A stretch of DNA of 64,000 nucleotides from an uncultured virus (IMG/VR IMGVR_UViG_3300027996_000021). Lineage: Duplodnaviria; Heunggongvirae; Uroviricota; Caudoviricetes. A program made the position numbers and the translations under genes. The notes under the pieces were generated by a model. That model was not told the DNA's origin, searched no databases, and saw only the letters and a program-made list of their open reading frames with translations. The stretch lies in IMG/VR virus record IMGVR_UViG_3300027996_000021. One strand, 5' to 3'. How positions within the stretch are numbered: position 1 is the stretch's first letter; each line of letters begins with the position of its first letter. This document shows, piece after piece, positions 57,899 to 64,000 of the stretch.

Positions 57899-58966
57899 AT
57901 GGCAATTTCCTCCGAGTATATCGTTTCATCTCTTCAGCAAATCTATGGAGATAAAATTTCTTCTGGAGATCTACGTGCATGGTCTGCACTAAATGGAGTT
58001 AGTTATCAGACTATCACTAATAAACTTGCTGATCGTAAAATTGGTCGTGGTAAGTGGAATCTAGAAGTAACACAAGAAACTGTGAAAGAGTTGGAAGTAA
58101 CTTATAGTGCTCCTGCAGCATTACCCGCAATCGAGCAAAATCTTGTTCCTGAAAAAGATGCTAACTTCGTCCAGTTTGGTAACTTTAAAGATCTTAAAAA
58201 AATTATTAACTCCCGTAATTTTTATCCAACGTTCATCACGGGTCTTTCGGGTAATGGTAAAACGTTCTCTGTGGAGCAAGCATGTGCTATTCTAAATAGA
58301 GAGTTAATTCGCGTGAACATCACGATTGAAACCGACGAAGATGATCTTATTGGTGGGTTCCGTCTGGTTAATGGCGAAACTGTTTGGCATAATGGTCCTG
58401 TCATCGAAGCTTTGGAACGTGGAGCTGTGTTGCTTCTAGACGAGGTTGACCTTGCATCAAACAAGATCCTATGTCTACAATCTGTTCTTGAAGGAAGAGG
58501 TGTTTTTCTTAAAAAGACTGGTCGTTTTGTAAAACCTGCTGCTGGTTTTAACATCATTGCCACTGCTAATACTAAAGGTAAGGGATCTGAGGACGGACGA
58601 TTTATTGGAACTAACGTTCTTAATGAAGCATTCCTTGAAAGATTTCCAGTAACATTTGAACAAGAGTATCCTCTACCTGCAACAGAGCAGAAGATTCTTA
58701 CTTCTATGATTGATGATAATCAATTTTGTAAGAATCTTGTAGATTGGGCAGACATCATCCGCAAAACATTCTTTGACGGGGGTGTTGAGGAAGTGATCAG
58801 TACACGTCGTTTAGTTCATATTGTTCAAGCCTATATCATCTTTGGTGATAAGGCAAAGGCTATTCAAATTTGTCTGAATCGCTTTGATGATGAAACCAAA
58901 CAAGCATTTCTTGAACTATATGACAAAGTTGATACTGATGTAAATTTTGAAGAAAATGAACTATAG
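57899..58966 (+). CDS. MoxR-family AAA+ ATPase (often labelled CobS-like)
   Basis: GLSGNGKT, LLLDEVD, TANTKG and NEAFLERF. Confidence 0.88.
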   Translation: MAISSEYIVSSLQQIYGDKISSGDLRAWSALNGVSYQTITNKLADRKIGRGKWNLEVTQETVKELEVTYSAPAALPAIEQNLVPEKDANFVQFGNFKDLKKIINSRNFYPTFITGLSGNGKTFSVEQACAILNRELIRVNITIETDEDDLIGGFRLVNGETVWHNGPVIEALERGAVLLLDEVDLASNKILCLQSVLEGRGVFLKKTGRFVKPAAGFNIIATANTKGKGSEDGRFIGTNVLNEAFLERFPVTFEQEYPLPATEQKILTSMIDDNQFCKNLVDWADIIRKTFFDGGVEEVISTRRLVHIVQAYIIFGDKAKAIQICLNRFDDETKQAFLELYDKVDTDVNFEENEL

Positions 58967-59531
58967 TCAATTATCTGATGAAGTTTTCTGGGTGAAACAA
59001 ATTTACTCAGAAGATTACTTTCAAACTATAAGTGAAGAGTTTGATCTAAGATATAATCATGTGGCATTCACTAAAAGAGAAATCTTAGGTCAACCTTGCT
59101 TTGGAACTTTGCAGGATACTGCCACGTATTTTTCTGGATCGGCTTCCAATAATAATCTTGGATGGAATTACAAATTTATCGATGCATCGATACGTGCCAG
59201 ACTCTACGTTCAAAAAATTCTCAAAAGAAATGTAAAACTTTCGAGAGTAAATACCAATTTGCAATTCTTTGGGCAAGAGTCTGATTGGCATACTGATTAT
59301 GTAGAAGATGGTAATGCTTGGTCATTTGTAATCTATGTAAATCAAAACTGGGATTTAACTTGGGATGGTCAATTTGTTGTTGAAACGAATGATGGGGAGT
59401 ATATTAATGTAAGCCCAATCCCCAATACTGGAGTTCTGTTTAATGCTAAATTAGAACACCGAGGAGGAGCTCCAAATAGATTTGCTATGGATTCACGATG
59501 GTCTATTGCTTTTTTGTTTGAAGAGGTGTAG
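58947..59531 (+). CDS. 2OG-Fe(II) oxygenase (prolyl-4-hydroxylase-like)
   Basis: WHTD...PNTGVLF...EHRG...RWSIAF. Confidence 0.8.
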   Translation: MKKMNYSQLSDEVFWVKQIYSEDYFQTISEEFDLRYNHVAFTKREILGQPCFGTLQDTATYFSGSASNNNLGWNYKFIDASIRARLYVQKILKRNVKLSRVNTNLQFFGQESDWHTDYVEDGNAWSFVIYVNQNWDLTWDGQFVVETNDGEYINVSPIPNTGVLFNAKLEHRGGAPNRFAMDSRWSIAFLFEEV

Positions 59532-59534
59532 AAT

Positions 59535-60077
59535 ATGACTAATTCTTGGGGTTTTCTTTACGACGAAATGAATAATGGGGATGATATTATGAGCGATGAT
59601 CCTTTGGATAAACTAGCTCAGGATACATATGCAAGATATGTGTCCGCATATGATGATGGATGGACTGCACAATCTAAACAAAACACTATGAATGACAATG
59701 ACAATATGCCACCTTGGGGGCATAGCGATATGGAAGCACTTGGAAATCAAATTGATTTAAATCTTGAAAGTACTTCTAATAATCGTTTTTGGAAGTATGA
59801 AGAAGATTTGACCCTGAAAGAAATTCGTGACTATCTTTCAGGAACTTATAAATCACACTATACTTCTCTAGAATCAAAAACTCAGACTCTTGATCTTATT
59901 GAAGGTATTGGTGATGCAGAACCATTCTGCCGATCAAATGCAATCAAATACCTATCTCGGTTTGGCAAAAAGAATGGTAAGTCACGTCTTGACATTTTGA
60001 AGGCAATCCATTATTGTATCCTTCTCTACCATTTCTCTGGACTACACAAAAACAACTCTTCTGACTTCCCTTATTGA
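59535..60077 (+). CDS. DUF3310 / T7 gp1.7-like protein (possible nucleotide kinase)
   Basis: SHY...FCRSNAIKYLSRFGKKNG...DILKAIHY; start uncertain. Confidence 0.7.
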   Translation: MTNSWGFLYDEMNNGDDIMSDDPLDKLAQDTYARYVSAYDDGWTAQSKQNTMNDNDNMPPWGHSDMEALGNQIDLNLESTSNNRFWKYEEDLTLKEIRDYLSGTYKSHYTSLESKTQTLDLIEGIGDAEPFCRSNAIKYLSRFGKKNGKSRLDILKAIHYCILLYHFSGLHKNNSSDFPY

Positions 60078-60078
60078 T

Positions 60079-60753
60079 ATGAAACTTTCCAAGCAAACTA
60101 TTGCCATCTTGAACAACTTTTCTGACATCAACCAGTCTCTTCTAGTCAAGAAAGGCAATCAACTTCGTACTATCTCTGTCATGAAGAATATTTTGGCCGA
60201 GTGTACAATCAATGAAGAGTTTGCAAAAGACTTTGCAATTTATGATCTACCACAGTTCCTAAAAGTTCTACGCCTCTATCAGGATCCAGAACTTGATTTC
60301 ACTGAAGACAGCTATGTCACAATTCGTGAAGGTAAGAATCGTTCTCGTTACTTCTTCGCTGATCCTAATGTAATCGTTTCCCCTCCAGAAAAAGCATTGG
60401 TACTTCCTAGTAAAGATGTATCCTTCACGATTACTCCAAGTCATTTGAGTCAGCTGCTTCAGGCAGCAAATACTCTAGATCTTCCAGATCTATCTGTAAT
60501 TGGCGATGCAGGTGTGATTCGTTTGTCTGCTCGGGACAAAAAGAATGATACTTCTAATGATCACTCAATTGTTGTTGGTGAAACTGATAAGGAGTTTGCA
60601 TTCAATTTCAAGGTTGAGAATATAAAGATTCTTCCTGGAAACTATGTTGTAACCATTTCCAGGAAGTGTTTGGCACAATTCACCAACACTGTAGAGTCTC
60701 AGGCCCTCAACTACTTCATTGCACTAGAACCAGATTCGGTATATAATGGGTGA
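60079..60753 (+). CDS. gp45: DNA polymerase sliding clamp gp45
   Basis: LNNFSDINQS, FAIYDLPQFL and YFIALEPDS. Confidence 0.95.
   Translation: MKLSKQTIAILNNFSDINQSLLVKKGNQLRTISVMKNILAECTINEEFAKDFAIYDLPQFLKVLRLYQDPELDFTEDSYVTIREGKNRSRYFFADPNVIVSPPEKALVLPSKDVSFTITPSHLSQLLQAANTLDLPDLSVIGDAGVIRLSARDKKNDTSNDHSIVVGETDKEFAFNFKVENIKILPGNYVVTISRKCLAQFTNTVESQALNYFIALEPDSVYNG
60719..60747 (+). promoter_or_regulatory. sigma70 promoter TTGCAC-17-TATAAT within the gp45 3' end
   Basis: Seen directly; 40 nt before the next ATG. Confidence 0.6.
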
Positions 60754-60787
60754 GAGGACTCATCTCTACACTTCACCAAATGGTTAA

Positions 60788-61315
60788 ATGAATATCTTTG
60801 TTACTGATCCCGATCCTTGGAAGTCTGCACAAGTTCTCCCCGACAAACACATCGTCAAGATGCCTCTAGAGACCTGTCAGATGCTTGCCATTGTTTGTTC
60901 GGATAAATGGGGTCATGGATTCGGCACTCTTCCCAAGGCAGACGGTACACCCTATGCCACTGAGAAGGGTGCTTTTCGTAATCATCCCTGTACTGTATGG
61001 GCTAATGAGTTTGTGATGAACTGGCAGTGGTTGCTTGCTCATGGCATTGCACTCTGTGATGAGTACAAAATGCGCTATGGGAAGGTTCACACCTGCTTTC
61101 ATACTCTGATGGCAGCAAAGGAAATTTTGCCCACAGGAGATCCTACAGGGCGCTCTGGTAATGGTCCAACATCTTTTGTTTTTGCTGGTCCTGATGAGTT
61201 CAAATATGATACGAGCATTGATATCTTCACTGCTTACAAACGCTATATTGCATCTAAACCTTGGGTGTGCGACAATTACCTTCGTCTCCCCCATCGCAAA
61301 CCTGATTGGGCATAA
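60788..61315 (+). CDS. pyrimidine-dimer DNA glycosylase (DenV superfamily)-like protein
   Basis: MNIF...DKHIVKMPLETCQML...NHPCTVW...EY..RYGKVH. Confidence 0.75.
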   Translation: MNIFVTDPDPWKSAQVLPDKHIVKMPLETCQMLAIVCSDKWGHGFGTLPKADGTPYATEKGAFRNHPCTVWANEFVMNWQWLLAHGIALCDEYKMRYGKVHTCFHTLMAAKEILPTGDPTGRSGNGPTSFVFAGPDEFKYDTSIDIFTAYKRYIASKPWVCDNYLRLPHRKPDWA

Positions 61316-61464
61316 TGTATACTACTCTGACCGTTGATGAAAACGGAATTCTAACATTCCCCGAAAAGTTTCTTGAAGAGCTTGGATGGAAAGAGGGAGA
61401 CCTTCTGGAATGGATTCCTAATGATGACAACTCATTTACTTTGGTGAAAAAAGAACATGCGTAA
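61315..61464 (+). CDS. AbrB/MazE-like small protein (49 aa)
   Basis: Translated by hand: MYYSLTVDENGILTFPEKFLEELGWKEGDLLEWIPNDDNSFTLVKKEHA. Confidence 0.75.
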   Translation: MYTTLTVDENGILTFPEKFLEELGWKEGDLLEWIPNDDNSFTLVKKEHA

Positions 61465-62401
61465 TGAATTCCTTTGGGTCGAGAAGTATCGCCCCCAAAC
61501 AATTGAAGAATGTATTCTCCCTGAGAATATCAAAAAGACATTTCAGGATTTCCTAGATAAGGGAGAGGTTCCTAATCTTCTTCTGTCGGGACCTGCTGGT
61601 TGTGGTAAAACCACTGTCGCAAAAGCACTTTGTAATGAACTGGGAGTTGATTGTTATGTCATTAATGGATCTGATGAGGGACGGTTCTTGGACACGGTAC
61701 GGAACCAGGCCAAGAACTTTGCTTCGACCGTTTCACTTCAAGGAAATGGTAAACCAAAAGTCATCATTATTGACGAAGCTGACAACACAACCCATGATGT
61801 ACAACTCCTCTTACGGGCGAATATTGAGGCATTTCATAACAACTGCCGATTCATCTTCACCTGTAACTACAAAAACCGTATCATTGAACCGCTTCATTCT
61901 CGGTGTGCCGTCGTTGAGTTCACAACAAACAAATCAGACAAACCAAAAATTGCATCCCAGTTCTTTAAGCGCATCCAAGAAATCTTGGGTACAGAGGGTA
62001 TTGAATATGATGACAAGATCCTGGTAGAACTCATCAACAAACACTTCCCAGACTGGCGTCGTGTTTTGAATGAGTGTCAGCGTTATGCTGTTGGTGGTAA
62101 GATTGATGCAGGTATTCTTGCATCTTTCTCTGACATTAACATCGATGGTCTGATGCGATCTCTCGCAGCAAAGAACTTCAAGGAGGTCCGTAAATGGGTC
62201 GTAAACAACCTGGACAACGATCCAGGTACAATTCTTCGGAACGTCTATGACGCGCTCTACGAGCGCCTTGAGGGTCCATCTATCGCTGCAGCAGTCCTCA
62301 TCATAGCTAAATACCAATATCAGATCGCCTTCGTTGCCGATCAGGAAATCAACTTGCTGGCAGCACTAACCGAAATCATGGTAGAATGTAATTTCAAATG
62401 A
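61457..62401 (+). CDS. gp44: clamp loader ATPase subunit gp44
   Basis: LWVEKYRP, GPAGCGKTT, IIDEAD and SRC. Confidence 0.96.
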   Translation: MRNEFLWVEKYRPQTIEECILPENIKKTFQDFLDKGEVPNLLLSGPAGCGKTTVAKALCNELGVDCYVINGSDEGRFLDTVRNQAKNFASTVSLQGNGKPKVIIIDEADNTTHDVQLLLRANIEAFHNNCRFIFTCNYKNRIIEPLHSRCAVVEFTTNKSDKPKIASQFFKRIQEILGTEGIEYDDKILVELINKHFPDWRRVLNECQRYAVGGKIDAGILASFSDINIDGLMRSLAAKNFKEVRKWVVNNLDNDPGTILRNVYDALYERLEGPSIAAAVLIIAKYQYQIAFVADQEINLLAALTEIMVECNFK

Positions 62402-62685
62402 ATGTAAAATTGATCCGTATGTGGTCTGGCGAAGATGTCGTTACAGACCTAGTTGATGAGACAGATGATTCTGTTGTCATCTGCAATCCTATTGTTGCTG
62501 TTCCTGCTGGAAATGGCCAAATGGGATTTGCTCCATGGTCACCTATCCTCAAAGGAAAGGGTGAAGAAATCAATGTAACCAAAAAGTATGTGGTATACAT
62601 TGCAGAAACTCAAGAACAGATAGTTGAGCAATATGAGGAAATGTTTTCTATCTTGAAAACTCCTAGCAAAAAATTGATTGTTTGA
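62398..62685 (+). CDS. hypothetical protein (Sm-like)
   Basis: KLIRMWSGEDVV...FAPWSP. Confidence 0.75.
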   Translation: MNVKLIRMWSGEDVVTDLVDETDDSVVICNPIVAVPAGNGQMGFAPWSPILKGKGEEINVTKKYVVYIAETQEQIVEQYEEMFSILKTPSKKLIV

Positions 62686-63802
62686 ACACATGATTAATAC
62701 GGTATCCCATGATGATGCAGTTTGGGCTGCAGATGAATTCATCTCCTACTTTGAAAACCTTAATGGTATTGAGGACTATCTTCGCTATGTGAAGAAAGAA
62801 GTACTTGATGGTATGTCTTCCGTGTCATCATTTTCTGAGGATATCTTTAACTTTGATATTCACCCAGAAGACATGGAATTTTCTATGATTCCTGTTGGCA
62901 AAGGTGGACTTGATCAAAAGTACTATAAGAGTTTACTTGCATCCGTCTCTTCTCACAATAATGAATCTAATATTCCTGGAAGAGAACACAAGTGGATTGT
63001 AAAAGAGACCACGACTAATACTATTGTTGGATTCATCCGTCTTGGATCTCCAACAATTAATTCCAAACCTAGGAATCTATGGCTTGGTAAGGCACCAGAT
63101 CTTAGTCTGTTCAATCGTCATGCCTGTATGGGTTTTGTAATTGTTCCGACTCAACCTTTTGGATATAACTTTCTGGGTGGTAAGTTGCTTTCACTTATGT
63201 GCTGCTCTCACTTTGCCAGGGAGTTTATCAGTGAGAAATTTGATAAAGATATTGCTCTATTTGAAACTACATCTCTTTATGGATCAACCACATCAGCGTC
63301 TCAATATGACGGTCTGAAACCTTTTGTTAGGTATCGTGGTTTGACTGAGAGTAAATTTACTCCATTACTTCATGATGCTCAATTTCATAAGTTACATGAT
63401 CGTTTCACGTATCTGAATGATGGTAATCCTCTTACTGACAACAAAGCTTCATCTAAAAAAATGAAGCGTCAAACAAAGATGATTTCCATCATTAAAAACT
63501 CTCTCGATGACGCAGATAAGTTGACTCGTTTCAATCAAGTCATTGCACAGGCATTTGCACTAACAGAAAAGAAGAGATTCTATACTTCTGAATTTGGTTA
63601 TGAGAATGTTCGGGAGGTTCTATCTGGTGAAGAGAAGACTCTTCGCCATGGACAGAACTGGGAGAAACATGATCTTGATAACATTATCAAGTGGTGGAAA
63701 AGGAAAGCAGGTAAGCGTTATGAAAAACTCAAGTCTGAAGGGAGATTTCGTAATGTGATCGAACTCTGGACTGAAACTGACGACATTCAAATTATTCGAT
63801 GA
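62678..63802 (+). CDS. DUF4338 / Druantia DruA-like protein
   Basis: PGRE...VGFIRLGSP...PRN...VPTQPFGYNFLGGKLL...ETTSLYG...SQY; start 62678 or 62690. Confidence 0.6.
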   Translation: MFEHMINTVSHDDAVWAADEFISYFENLNGIEDYLRYVKKEVLDGMSSVSSFSEDIFNFDIHPEDMEFSMIPVGKGGLDQKYYKSLLASVSSHNNESNIPGREHKWIVKETTTNTIVGFIRLGSPTINSKPRNLWLGKAPDLSLFNRHACMGFVIVPTQPFGYNFLGGKLLSLMCCSHFAREFISEKFDKDIALFETTSLYGSTTSASQYDGLKPFVRYRGLTESKFTPLLHDAQFHKLHDRFTYLNDGNPLTDNKASSKKMKRQTKMISIIKNSLDDADKLTRFNQVIAQAFALTEKKRFYTSEFGYENVREVLSGEEKTLRHGQNWEKHDLDNIIKWWKRKAGKRYEKLKSEGRFRNVIELWTETDDIQIIR

Positions 63803-63808
63803 AAACCA

Positions 63809-63949
63809 ATGAAATGTGAAGTTACTCTCTACAAAGTGGGCACTGTGTTCAAAGAACAAGTGATAGCTCGTGATTATGAAGATGCAAAAAGGGTTGCTAT
63901 TGCAAGAAACCCTGGATCAACAATTGTCTCTGTTACCGCTAAATTTTAA
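63809..63949 (+). CDS. small hypothetical protein (46 aa)
   Basis: Translated by hand: MKCEVTLYKVGTVFKEQVIARDYEDAKRVAIARNPGSTIVSVTAKF. Confidence 0.7.
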   Translation: MKCEVTLYKVGTVFKEQVIARDYEDAKRVAIARNPGSTIVSVTAKF

Positions 63950-63951
63950 TT

Positions 63952-64000
63952 ATGGAATTGAAGGATTGGTTAAACTCTATTAACTTCAACAAAAACAATC
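63952..64000 (+). CDS. gp62: clamp loader small subunit gp62 (partial, runs off the window)
   Basis: MELKDWLNSINFNK N-terminus; synteny after gp44. Confidence 0.75.
   Translation, partial: MELKDWLNSINFNKNN

Noticed and set aside
57899..58966. Cobalamin biosynthesis gene cobS
   Set aside because: Only generic MoxR AAA+ motifs are seen, with no cobN or other cob genes
4012..63859. Minus-strand and alternative-frame ORFs in the track (e.g. 24102-24626, 50674-51141, 60866-61294, 46064-46426)
   Set aside because: They are shadows of well-supported + strand genes, with no motifs or initiation signals
1..64000. Apparent abundance of GGCC and GATC sites
   Set aside because: A rough count of GGCC was near the chance expectation for this base composition; neither can be supported without computation
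1..64000. tRNA genes or stop-codon reassignment
   Set aside because: No cloverleaf seen in intergenic gaps; core genes are full length under the standard code and TAA, TGA and TAG all end genes

Overview
64-kb segment of a T4-like cyanomyophage (Kyanoviridae-like; host probably a picocyanobacterium). All credible genes lie on the + strand. The order is: end of an early-gene region of small ORFs with sigma70-type promoters (1-1.1 kb); a GC-rich non-coding boundary; a glycosyltransferase/2OG-oxygenase/ATP-grasp-like cluster; the virion module (gp25, gp6, a giant 5132-aa gp7, gp8, a 2456-aa VrlC-like protein, gp13-gp23, gp3); and the recombination/replication module (uvsY, uvsW, gp55, gp47, gp46, purS, peptidase-vWA plus MoxR AAA, gp45, DenV-like, gp44, DruA/DUF4338-like, start of gp62). 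The most striking feature is inside gp7 (about 16.65-19.55 kb): ten copies of one small domain are recursively nested rather than tandem, with balanced 10/10/10 sub-motif counts, predicting a branched, tree-shaped protein. Other leads are a modular basic protein between gp16 and gp17 that looks like a prohead-protease-processed polyprotein, and a near-consensus antisense sigma70 promoter sharing its -35 with the gp55 promoter. Gene calls come from recognising protein motifs and synteny; no database search was run.
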